Of a DNA stretch of 32,000 nt, positions 19,308 through 27,263 are shown one piece after another (the first letter of the stretch is position 1; the number at the start of each line of letters is the position of its first letter). A program made the position numbers and the translations under genes. Source of the DNA: Mycobacteriales bacterium (GTDB lineage: Bacteria > Actinomycetota > Actinomycetes > Mycobacteriales > Mycobacteriaceae); NCBI GenBank assembly GCA_038234335.1, contig JBBSUN010000014.1, forward strand, positions 1 through 32,000. The letters are read 5' to 3'. The notes beneath the pieces were generated by a model. The model ran no database searches, was not told the DNA's origin, and saw only the letters and a list, made by a program, of their open reading frames with translations.

Positions 19308-20597
19308 TCAGGTCGTCGCGGGCTGCGCGGGGAGGGCGGGCAGCGGGTCGTCGACGACGCGGTCCTGCGCCTGGCGCAGCACCCGCAGGCCCAGCGCGGC
19401 CGCCCCGAAGCAGGCCAGCGCGCCCATGGCAAGCCCGGCCCGCGCGCCGAGGGTCTCGCTGACGTAGCCGGCCACCGGGCCGCCGATGGGGGTGGAGCCG
19501 AGGAAGGCCACCGCCCACAGCGCCATCACCCGGCCGCGCATCTGCGGGTCGGCGCGCAGCTGCAGCGTCGAGTTGCCGGTGGCGAGGAAGCCCACGCTCA
19601 CCGCGCCGACCAGGGCCAGCGCCACCAGCTCGGTGGGCAGGTTGGGTGCGTACGCCGCACCCAGCATCACCACCCCGAACAGCGCCGAGGTGCCGACCAG
19701 CGTGCGGATCCCGGTGCGCCCACGGGCGGCGACGTACAGCCCGCCGAGCACGGCGCCGATCCCCATGGCCGCCGTCATGAAGCCGTAGGTCTGCGAGCCG
19801 CCGCCGAAGGTGGTGTCGGCGAGCACCGGCAGGGTCACCTGGAACTCGTAGGCCAGGCACCCGACGAGGGCCATCATGAGCAGCGGGACGCCGAGGCCCC
19901 GGTGGGCCCGCACGTAGCGGAACCCGTCGCGCAGCTGCCCCTTCGCCCGGACCGCGGGGGCCGACGGGCGCAGCGCAGAGGTGTCCAGGGTGGACAGCGA
20001 GACGACGACCGCCGCGAAGCTGACCGCGTTGAGCAGGAAGCAGATCCCGGTGCCGCCGAGAGCGATGATGATGCCGGCGAGCGCCGGACCCACGGCGCGG
20101 GCGGCGTTGACCAGCACCGAGTTCAGGCTCACCGCGTTGCGCAGGTCGTCGGGGCCGACCATCTCGAGCACGAAGGCCTGCCGCGCCGGGTTCTCGAAGC
20201 AGCTGTTCAGCCCGAGCAGGAAGGCGAGGGCGTACACCTGCCACAGCGCCACCACGCCGGTGACGGTGAGCAGGCCGAGCACCAGGGCGAGCACGCCCAT
20301 CATCGACTGCAGCCCGATCATGAGTCGGCGCTTGTCGAGCCGGTCGGCGACGACACCGCCGTACGGACCGAGCAGCAGCACCGGCAGCGTCTGCAGCGCG
20401 ACGACGACACCGAGCGCGGTCGCCGAGCCGGTGAGGGTCAGCACCAGCCACGACTGGGCGACGGTCTGCATCCACGTGCCCAGCAGCGAGATCAGCTGCC
20501 CCGAGGTGTACCGACGGTAGTTGGGGTTGCGCAGCGCCGCGAAGGTCTCGCCCCGCAGGGCGCGAGCGCGGGTGGAGACGTGGGTGGCGGCGCTCAC
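19308..20597 (-). CDS. MFS transporter (EntS/MFS_3-like efflux permease)
   Basis: 429 aa with about 12 hydrophobic segments, an N-terminal FRRYTSGQLISLLGTWMQ stretch and a VADRLDKRR loop motif. The GTG start overlaps the MarR stop (GTGA). Confidence 0.88.
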   Translation of the reverse strand: MSAATHVSTRARALRGETFAALRNPNYRRYTSGQLISLLGTWMQTVAQSWLVLTLTGSATALGVVVALQTLPVLLLGPYGGVVADRLDKRRLMIGLQSMMGVLALVLGLLTVTGVVALWQVYALAFLLGLNSCFENPARQAFVLEMVGPDDLRNAVSLNSVLVNAARAVGPALAGIIIALGGTGICFLLNAVSFAAVVVSLSTLDTSALRPSAPAVRAKGQLRDGFRYVRAHRGLGVPLLMMALVGCLAYEFQVTLPVLADTTFGGGSQTYGFMTAAMGIGAVLGGLYVAARGRTGIRTLVGTSALFGVVMLGAAYAPNLPTELVALALVGAVSVGFLATGNSTLQLRADPQMRGRVMALWAVAFLGSTPIGGPVAGYVSETLGARAGLAMGALACFGAAALGLRVLRQAQDRVVDDPLPALPAQPATT

Positions 20598-21031
20598 GCG
20601 GGGTCACCGGCCAGCGCCTCGAGCGCGTCCAGCGCGGCCAGCAGCGACGCGCGGTGGGCGGGCTCGAGCGCGGCGAGGCGGGCGGCGAGGAGCCGGCTGC
20701 GCTCGGCCCGCACCCGGACGTGCAGTGCGTGACCGGCCTCGGTGGCCTCGACCCGCGCGGCCCGGCGGTCGTCGGGATCGGTGGTGCGGGCCAGCAGCCC
20801 GGCGTCGTCGAGCTTGCCGACGATCCGGGACAGCATGGTCGGGTTGATGCCCTCCCGCTGCGCCAGCTCGCCGATGCCGAGCGGGCCCAGGCGGGTCACC
20901 GTGCCGAGCACGGAGCTCTGCGTGCGTGTCAGCCCCCCGTCCGCCGACTGCCGCTCCAGCCAGCGGGCGGTGCGGGCGAGCGCGGTGCGCAGCCGGGTGA
21001 CCTCCTCGCTCCCGGACCCGTCAAGTTGCAT
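20594..21031 (-). CDS. MarR family transcriptional regulator
   Basis: Winged-HTH pattern LTRTQSSVLGTVTRLGPLGIGELAQREGINPTMLSRIVGKLDDAGLLAR..DPDDRRA. The start is taken at ATG 21031 (MQLDGSG), 7 nt after a TATGCT hexamer. Alternatives are 21043 and 21076. Confidence 0.85.
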   Translation of the reverse strand: MQLDGSGSEEVTRLRTALARTARWLERQSADGGLTRTQSSVLGTVTRLGPLGIGELAQREGINPTMLSRIVGKLDDAGLLARTTDPDDRRAARVEATEAGHALHVRVRAERSRLLAARLAALEPAHRASLLAALDALEALAGDPA

Positions 21032-21291
21032 GCCGAGAAGCATACATCGCGGTCGGACGTCCACGACCGTGTGCACCCGCGGAACCTGCTGCCCTGCGCG
21101 CGGACCTCGCTCGTCTTCCCGCTGCGCTGCGCGGCGGCGCGGGGCGGGCTGCAGGTGCTGGGCGTGCGGGGCCGAGCTGGGGAGGCCGAGCTACGACGGA
21201 CGGGGCTGCGGGCCCGGAACCGCCGGCCCTGGGCACGGGGGAGGGGCCGAGGCCGGAACCCGGAGCGCGGCCGGGCCCTAGGGTCACGGAC

Positions 21292-22122
21292 GTGCTGCCA
21301 CGCGTGCGGGCGACCCGCTACGTCACCCCGCTGCGGGAGGGGGGCTCCCTGCCCGGGCTCGTCGAGGCCGACGACCTGGGCACGTACGTGGTGAAGTTCC
21401 ACGGCGCCGGGCAGGGCCGCAAGACCCTCGTCGCCGAGGTCGTCACCGGGGAGCTCGCCCGCGAGCTGGGCCTGGCCGTGCCCCGCCTGGTCACCGTCGA
21501 CGTCGATCCCGCCCTGGCGCCCGGGGAGCCCGACGAGGAGGTGCAGGACCTGCTGCGCGCCAGCCCGGGACTGAACCTGGGGATGGACTTCCTGCCCGGG
21601 GCGCTGGATCTCGACGCGGCCTGGGTCGATCCGCCGACGGCCGGACGGGTGCTGTTCCTGGACGCGCTCGTCGGCAACGTCGACCGGAGCTGGCGCAACC
21701 CGAACATGCTGCTGTGGCACCGGGAGCCGTGGCTGATCGACCACGGGGCGACGCTGACCTTCCACCACCACTGGCCCGGCGCCGAGGCCTTCCCCGCCCG
21801 TCCCTACGACGCCCGGGCGCACTTGCTGCTCACCGCCGCACCCGAGCTCGACCCGGCCGCCGCGGCGCTCGCGCCGCAGGTCACCCCCGAGCTGCTGGAG
21901 GACGTGGTGGCCCAGGTGCCCGAGGCCTGGCTGGCCGACGAGCCGGGCTTCGACGACCCGGCGCAGGTGCGGGCGGCCTACGTGCGGCTGCTCGGCGCCC
22001 GGGTCGCGCAGCGCGAGGCGTGGCTGCCGGGGGTGCACGAGGCCGTGGCCGCGGCGCCGTCCGTGCGGGCGCCGGTGGAGATCGGCCGCACCCGCCCGCG
22101 CTGGCTCGGGCCGGCCCAGTGA
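21292..22122 (+). CDS. HipA-like / PI3-PI4-kinase-like protein kinase family protein
   Basis: 276 aa with YVVKFHGAGQG (Lys codon 21394-21396), the catalytic-loop-like GNVDRSWRNPNML (21673-21711) and the metal-binding-like LIDHG (21733-21747). GC3 is high. The stop overlaps the next gene's GTG. Confidence 0.75.
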   Translation: MLPRVRATRYVTPLREGGSLPGLVEADDLGTYVVKFHGAGQGRKTLVAEVVTGELARELGLAVPRLVTVDVDPALAPGEPDEEVQDLLRASPGLNLGMDFLPGALDLDAAWVDPPTAGRVLFLDALVGNVDRSWRNPNMLLWHREPWLIDHGATLTFHHHWPGAEAFPARPYDARAHLLLTAAPELDPAAAALAPQVTPELLEDVVAQVPEAWLADEPGFDDPAQVRAAYVRLLGARVAQREAWLPGVHEAVAAAPSVRAPVEIGRTRPRWLGPAQ

Positions 22123-22541
22123 CCCCGACCCCCGGTTCCCCAGCCGTGCACGCCCCCGCCGTGCACGCCTCCGCCCTGCACGCCTACGAGTACGCCGTGC
22201 TGCGCGTGGTCCCGCGCGTCGAGCGCGGCGAGGCGATGAACGCCGGGGTGCTGCTGTGGTGCCGGCCGCTGCAGGCGCTGCACGCCCGGGTGCACCTGGA
22301 CGGCGCCCGGCTGCACGCGCTGGACCCGCACGCCGATGCCGATGCGGTCGCCCACGCCCTGGCCGCGGTGCTCGACGTGTGCGCCGGGGTGGGGGCGGCC
22401 GGGGCCGAGCCCGCCGGTGGGCGGTTCCGCTGGCTCACCGCGCCGCGCAGCACCGTCGTCCAGCCCGGCCCCGTGCACACCGGGCTGACCGCGGACCCCG
22501 TCGTCGAGGTCGACCGGCTGCTCGAGGTCCTCGTCCGCTGA
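22119..22541 (+). CDS. DUF3037 domain protein
   Basis: YEYAVLRVVPRVERGEAMNAGVLLWC...RFRWLTAPRSTVVQPGPVHTG matches my recollection of the DUF3037 pattern. The GTG at 22119 overlaps the kinase stop (GTGA). In-frame alternative GTGs are at 22146 and 22161. Confidence 0.7.
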   Translation: MTPTPGSPAVHAPAVHASALHAYEYAVLRVVPRVERGEAMNAGVLLWCRPLQALHARVHLDGARLHALDPHADADAVAHALAAVLDVCAGVGAAGAEPAGGRFRWLTAPRSTVVQPGPVHTGLTADPVVEVDRLLEVLVR

Positions 22542-22578
22542 CGGGAACACGTTCGCCGCGCGAAAGGTTGGGGCGGAG

Positions 22579-23427
22579 ATGACGCAGGCAGCGAACCCGG
22601 TCCCGGACACCGCCCTCAACGACGGCACGACGATCCCCCAGCTCGGGTACGGGGTGTTCCAGGTGCCCGAGCAGGAGACGTTCGACGCCGTCTCGGCCGC
22701 CCTGGCCGCCGGGTACCGCCACATCGACACCGCCAAGATCTACGGCAACGAGCGGGGCGTGGGACGGGCCATCGCCGAGTCCGGCATCCCCCGCGACGAC
22801 GTCTACGTGACCACGAAGCTGTGGAACGCCGACCACGGCCACGACGCCACCCTGCGGGCCTTCGACACCAGCCTGGGCGAGCTCGGCCTGGAGCAGCTCG
22901 ACCTGTACCTCATCCACTGGCCGGTGCCCGCCAAGGACGAGTGGGTGAGCACGTGGAGGGCCTTCGAGCAGCTGCAGGCCGACGGCCGGGTCACCTCGAT
23001 CGGCGTCTCCAACTTCACCGTGCCGCTGCTGCAGCGGCTGCTGGAGGAGACCGACGTGGTGCCGGTGCTCAACCAGATCGAGCTGCACCCGCGGTTCTCC
23101 CAGCCCGAGCTGCGCGCCTTCCACGCCGACCACGACATCCGCACCGAGGCCTGGAGCCCCCTGGGGGGGCAGGGTGGTTCGGTGCTCGACCAGGACACCC
23201 TCGTCGCGGTGGCGCAGGCCCACGGCAGGAGCCCGGCGCAGACCGTGCTCCGCTGGCACCTGCAGCTGGGCAACATCGTCATCCCCAAGTCGTCCACCCC
23301 CTCGCGCATCGCGGAGAACTTCGACGTCTTCGACTTCGAGCTCACCGGCGACGAGATGGCCTCGCTGGCCACCATGGACGACGGCAGCCGCGTCGGTCCC
23401 GACCCGGCCCGGGCCAACTTCGCGTAG
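22579..23427 (+). CDS. aldo/keto reductase (2,5-diketo-D-gluconate reductase-like)
   Basis: 282 aa with GYRHIDTAKIYGNE, LDLYLIHWP and IPKSSTPSRIAENF, which are the AKR catalytic tetrad context. Confidence 0.92.
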   Translation: MTQAANPVPDTALNDGTTIPQLGYGVFQVPEQETFDAVSAALAAGYRHIDTAKIYGNERGVGRAIAESGIPRDDVYVTTKLWNADHGHDATLRAFDTSLGELGLEQLDLYLIHWPVPAKDEWVSTWRAFEQLQADGRVTSIGVSNFTVPLLQRLLEETDVVPVLNQIELHPRFSQPELRAFHADHDIRTEAWSPLGGQGGSVLDQDTLVAVAQAHGRSPAQTVLRWHLQLGNIVIPKSSTPSRIAENFDVFDFELTGDEMASLATMDDGSRVGPDPARANFA

Positions 23428-23456
23428 CCCTCCCGGCCGCACCCGCGAGGCGGGGG

Positions 23457-24566
23457 TCAGGCGAGGAGCTCCCGGACCTCGCGCACGGCGGCCCGCCCGG
23501 CCCGGTTGGCGCCGATGGTGCTGGCCGAGGGTCCGTACCCCAGCAGGTGCACCCGGGGCTCGCCCGCGACCCGGGTGGCCAGGGTGCCGTCCATCCGGAT
23601 GCCCCCGCCCGGTGAGCGCAGGTGCAGCGGCGCCAGGTGGTCCAGGGCCGAGCGGAACCCGGTGCACCACAGCACGACGTCGGCACGCAGCGTCTCCCCT
23701 CCACCCCAGGATCCCCCGTGCCAGGCCACCCCCTCGGGCACGAGCCGGGTGAACATCGGCCGCCGTGCCAGCACCCCGCGCTCGCGCGCCCGGGCGAGCG
23801 ACGGGGTCAGCGGCAGCCCCGTCGCGCTGACCACGCTGCCCGGCGGCAGCCCCGCCCGGACCCGCTGCTCCACCCGGGCCACCGCGGCCCGGCCCTCGGA
23901 CGCCCGGAACGGACGCTCGTCGAAGACCGGCTCCCGTCGGGTCACCCACGTCGTCGTCGTGACCTCGCTGATCTCGGTGAGCAGCTGGACGCCGGAGATC
24001 CCGCCCCCGACGACGACGACGTGGCGGCCCGCGAACGCCGCCGCGCTGCGGTACTGCGCGGTGTGCAGCTGCTCGCCGTCGAAGCGGCCGGGGACGTGCG
24101 GCACGAAGGGGCGCTCCCAGCTGCCGGTGGCGTTCAGCACCGCCCGGGCGCGCCAGGTGCCGGTCGGGGTCTCCACGTCGAGACGGTCCGAGTCGGGACG
24201 GTCCGAGTCGAGACGGTGACCGACCGGTCGGGGCCGCACGGCACGGACGTCCACGGGTCGCTGCACGTCCAGGCCGAGCTCGTGCTCGTAGCGGGCGAAG
24301 TAGGCGGGCACCACCTCGGCCGCCCGCACCTCCGGGTCCTCGATCTCCGGCGCCAGGGTCGCCAGCGGCAGCCCCGGCAGGTCGTGCACGTGGTTCGTGG
24401 TCCCCAGGGTCAGGCTCGGCCACCTGTGCTGCCACGCCCCGCCGGGGGCGTCGTCGTGGTCGAGCACCACGTGCCCCAGCCCCGAGCGCTGCAGGAAGTA
24501 GGCCGCGCTCAGCCCGGCCTGGCCGGCCCCGACGACCACCACGTCGACGTCGGTGGGGGTGCGCAC
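23457..24566 (-). CDS. FAD/NAD(P)-binding flavin-containing monooxygenase-like oxidoreductase
   Basis: These are the C-terminal 369 aa of the 593-aa track ORF: DVVVVGAGQAGLSAAYFL (FAD GxGxxG) and a second VVVVGGGISGVQ (NADPH) motif. The start is at GTG 24566. The gene is divergent from the AraC gene. Confidence 0.82.
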   Translation of the reverse strand: MRTPTDVDVVVVGAGQAGLSAAYFLQRSGLGHVVLDHDDAPGGAWQHRWPSLTLGTTNHVHDLPGLPLATLAPEIEDPEVRAAEVVPAYFARYEHELGLDVQRPVDVRAVRPRPVGHRLDSDRPDSDRLDVETPTGTWRARAVLNATGSWERPFVPHVPGRFDGEQLHTAQYRSAAAFAGRHVVVVGGGISGVQLLTEISEVTTTTWVTRREPVFDERPFRASEGRAAVARVEQRVRAGLPPGSVVSATGLPLTPSLARARERGVLARRPMFTRLVPEGVAWHGGSWGGGETLRADVVLWCTGFRSALDHLAPLHLRSPGGGIRMDGTLATRVAGEPRVHLLGYGPSASTIGANRAGRAAVREVRELLA

Positions 24567-24648
24567 GTCGGGGCCAACGCGGGCAGGGTCCGGCGCAGTC
24601 CCGGGCCGGCTCGGGTGGGCGGTCGCAGACCGGGACCCGCCAGGGAGG

Positions 24649-25632
24649 ATGATGAGGGCGCGGGATCGGCCGAGGACGGGAGCGTCGCGCGTGGGCACGG
24701 TGTCGGTGCAGCGCGTCAGCACGACCGGCGTCCCCACGGCGGAGCGCCTCGAGTTCTGGCAGGCCACCGTCTCGGCGTCGCTGCGACCGGTGCTGCTGAC
24801 CCCCGCCCAGGCGTTCGGCCGTGAGTTCCAGGCCGAGTTCCTCCGCGTGGACGCCGGTGCCGCCAAGATCACTCGGGGTCTGGTGGACCCGGTCCGGTCC
24901 GTGCAGACCCCGGCGCTCGCCCGCCAGCAGTCGGGGAACCTCATCGTCACCCTGCAGGAGTCGGGTCGGACGGGGCTGGAGTCGCGCTCCGGGGCGATCG
25001 TCGTGCCGGCACGCTCGGTGCTGATCCAGTCCGACGACGAGCCGGTCGTGCACACCCACCTCGACCGCACCGGCATGGTGCTGCTGTCGGTCGACGCCGA
25101 CCGGCTCTCCCTCCCGACCACCTCGCTGCGCGAGCACATGAACGTTGCGCTGCCCGTCGACGCGATGCTTCGTGCCGTGGTGCTCGGCGCGGCCGAGACC
25201 GCGCGGCACGCCGGTCGGACGATGGACGCGACGGGCATGGAGGCCTACCTCACCGGTGTCGTCGAGCTGGTGCTGCGCACCGTGACGGGACGCGCCGAGG
25301 ACCACGCGAGCAGCGCCGGGGTGCGCCGGCAACAGGTCCACGACACGGTGCTCGCGCGCTACTCCGACCCGCACCTCACCGTCGGCGTGGTGGCGGAGAA
25401 GCTGGGCGTGTCGGTGCGCCGGCTCCACCAGCTCTTCGCGGGCGAGGACAGCGTCACCGCCCAGATCCGCACCGCCCGGATGGAGTGCGCCGTCCGGCTG
25501 CTGCAGGACCCGGCGTGGTCGTCGCAGCCCGTCGCGGCCGTGGCCCAGCGCTGCGGCTTCCTCGACCACTCCCAGTTCTCCCGCGCCTTCCGCCAGCACA
25601 CCGGTTCGTCCCCGAGCGCCTTCCGCAGCTGA
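24649..25632 (+). CDS. AraC family transcriptional regulator
   Basis: The C-terminal dual HTH reads VVAEKLGVSVRRLHQLFAGE...VAAVAQRCGFLDHSQFSRAFRQHTGSSPSAFR. The start is uncertain: ATG 24649/24652 directly behind GGGAGG, or GTG 24691. The track start at 24553 would overlap the divergent gene. Confidence 0.85.
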   Translation: MMRARDRPRTGASRVGTVSVQRVSTTGVPTAERLEFWQATVSASLRPVLLTPAQAFGREFQAEFLRVDAGAAKITRGLVDPVRSVQTPALARQQSGNLIVTLQESGRTGLESRSGAIVVPARSVLIQSDDEPVVHTHLDRTGMVLLSVDADRLSLPTTSLREHMNVALPVDAMLRAVVLGAAETARHAGRTMDATGMEAYLTGVVELVLRTVTGRAEDHASSAGVRRQQVHDTVLARYSDPHLTVGVVAEKLGVSVRRLHQLFAGEDSVTAQIRTARMECAVRLLQDPAWSSQPVAAVAQRCGFLDHSQFSRAFRQHTGSSPSAFRS

Positions 25633-25646
25633 GCCCGCGTCCGGCG

Positions 25647-25726
25647 GTGCGTTGGTGGAAGCCCCTGTGCGTTCGTGGAAGCCGCTGTGCGTTCGTGGAA
25701 GCCGCTGTGCACAGGAGGAAACCGGT
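25647..25726. repeat. intergenic 20-bp tandem direct repeat, about 3.5 copies
   Basis: The units are GTGCGTTGGTGGAAGCCCCT (25647-25666), GTGCGTTCGTGGAAGCCGCT (25667-25686), GTGCGTTCGTGGAAGCCGCT (25687-25706) and a degenerate GTGCACAGGAGGAAACCGGT (25707-25726). The period is not a multiple of 3. There are no spacers, so this is not CRISPR. Confidence 0.9.
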
Positions 25727-25914
25727 GTCACCAAGGATCGCGCCCGGCCGAACAACAGACAACCGGGTCGCAACGGGACGACGGGGTGCCACCACCTCGG
25801 TCCAGGAGCCCCGGTGACGGCGCCGACCCCACTGACGAGGGGACAGTGGGGTCGCGCCCGTCGTCGTGCCCGCACCGGGGAACACACCGGGCCGGGGGCG
25901 TGGTTGGGGCAGAG

Positions 25915-26928
25915 ATGAAGTCCGTCGTCTACACCGAGCCCGGGGACCCGGCGGTCCTGCAGCACGTCGAGCGTCCCGCGGCGCACCCCGGACCCGGTGA
26001 GGTCCGGGTCCGCGTCGTCGTCGCCGGGGTCAACCCGACCGACTGGAAGACCCGTAGCGGCGCCTCGGGTCCCATGCTGTTCGACGAGGTGTCGCCCGGC
26101 CAGGACGGGGCCGGGGTCGTCGACGCCCTGGGCGAGGGCGTCACCGGGCTCGAGGTCGGCCAGCGGGTGTGGCTGTACCTCGCCCAGCACGGGCGCGCGG
26201 TCGGCACGGCGGCCGAGCTCACCACCCAGCCGGCGTCCCGGGTCGTCCCGCTGCCCGAGGGCGCCAGCTTCGACGTGGGGGCGTCCCTGGGGGTGCCCGC
26301 GATCACCGCGCACCGGGCGCTGACCGTGCGCGACGGCGGTGCGAGCCGCCTCGCTCCGGGGACGCTGGACGGGCAGGTGGTGCTCGTGGCCGGGGGTGCC
26401 GGGGCCGTGGGTCACGCGGCCATCCAGCTCGCGCGGTGGGCCGGCGCGACGGTCGTCGCCACCGTGAGCGGTCCGGCCAAGGCGGCGCTGGCCGAGGCCG
26501 CCGGGGCCCACCACGTGGTCACCTACACCTACGGCGACCCGGCCGCGGAGATCCGCGCGATCGCCCCGGACGGCGTGCACGTCGTCGTCGAGGTCGCGCC
26601 CGGGCCCAACGCGGCGCTGGACGCGGCCGTGCTCGCCCCGCACGGCACCATCGCCGTCTACGCCAACAACGGCGGCGACCAGGTGCGCCTGGACGTGCGC
26701 CCGCACATGGTGCTGAACACCCGCTGGCAGTTCGTGCTGCTGTACACCGTGGGGGAGCAGGCCCTGGCGAACGCCGCGGAGGACGTGACCGCCGCGGTGG
26801 CCGACGGCGCGATGGAGGTCGGTCGCGAGACGGGGCTGCCGCTGCACCGCTTTCCCCTGGAGCGCACCGCGCTCGCCCACTCCGCCGTCGAGGACAACGT
26901 GGTCGGCAAGGTGTTGATCGACCTGTGA
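25915..26928 (+). CDS. NADPH:quinone oxidoreductase (zeta-crystallin-like MDR)
   Basis: MKSVVYTEPGDPAVLQHVERP...VRVVVAGVNPTDWKTRSG...VLVAGGAGAVGHAAIQLAR. The start is ATG 25915. The track ORF start at 25675 lies in the repeat region. Confidence 0.88.
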   Translation: MKSVVYTEPGDPAVLQHVERPAAHPGPGEVRVRVVVAGVNPTDWKTRSGASGPMLFDEVSPGQDGAGVVDALGEGVTGLEVGQRVWLYLAQHGRAVGTAAELTTQPASRVVPLPEGASFDVGASLGVPAITAHRALTVRDGGASRLAPGTLDGQVVLVAGGAGAVGHAAIQLARWAGATVVATVSGPAKAALAEAAGAHHVVTYTYGDPAAEIRAIAPDGVHVVVEVAPGPNAALDAAVLAPHGTIAVYANNGGDQVRLDVRPHMVLNTRWQFVLLYTVGEQALANAAEDVTAAVADGAMEVGRETGLPLHRFPLERTALAHSAVEDNVVGKVLIDL

Positions 26929-26938
26929 GCGCACGCCG

Positions 26939-27238
26939 GTGACCCTGGCCCAGCTCGAGGGGGCGCTGGACTGGTGCGTCCCGGGCTTCGCCGAGGCCGC
27001 TCGTGCCCGGAAGCTGCCCGGCGCCTACCAGGGGGAGCGGTTCTGGCACGGACGGGCCACCGTGCAGCGGCACCGGCACTGGGTCGTCGTGCTGCCCGTC
27101 CTGGCCCGGGGGACCGCGGCGGTCACGGTGGGCTTCGACGGCACGTGGGCCTGGGTGGTGCGCCCGGCCGAGACGGCGCTGGCTCCGGTGGACCTCGACG
27201 CGGTGCAGGCGGCGCTCGACGCGGCTCTGGCGGGCTGA
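26939..27238 (+). CDS. hypothetical protein (99 aa)
   Basis: A GTG-initiated ORF 10 nt after the quinone oxidoreductase stop. GC3 is near-uniformly G/C, like the bona fide genes here. I recognise no family. Confidence 0.5.
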   Translation: MTLAQLEGALDWCVPGFAEAARARKLPGAYQGERFWHGRATVQRHRHWVVVLPVLARGTAAVTVGFDGTWAWVVRPAETALAPVDLDAVQAALDAALAG

Positions 27239-27263
27239 GGGTGGGCGCGGGGGGATCCCTACG

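Noticed and set aside
23428-23456. A small CCCGC-GAG-GCGGG hairpin (23441-23453) between the convergent AKR and FMO-like genes, as a possible terminator
   Set aside because: A 5-bp stem is well within chance expectation in this GC content, so it is not reported as a feature.
25647-25726. Could the 20-bp repeats be a mini CRISPR array or a coding repeat?
   Set aside because: The units are directly contiguous with no spacers, and no cas genes are nearby. The period is not a multiple of 3, and GC3 in all frames is not gene-like.
25652-25918. Track ORFs 25652-25918 and the 25675 start of the quinone oxidoreductase ORF, which would translate the repeat region (VRSWKPLC...)
   Set aside because: They start inside the non-triplet repeats, have poor GC3 and lack an SD. 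The MDR-family homology begins at MKSVVYTEPG (ATG 25915).
22435-26934. A 1499-aa stop-free ORF on the minus strand spanning 4.5 kb
   Set aside because: It runs antisense to, or out of frame with, five well-supported genes (AKR, FMO-like, AraC, quinone oxidoreductase). Its translation is Arg/Gly/Pro/Ala low-complexity with no recognisable motifs. It crosses intergenic repeats. This is the typical stop-poor shadow frame of very high-GC3 genes.
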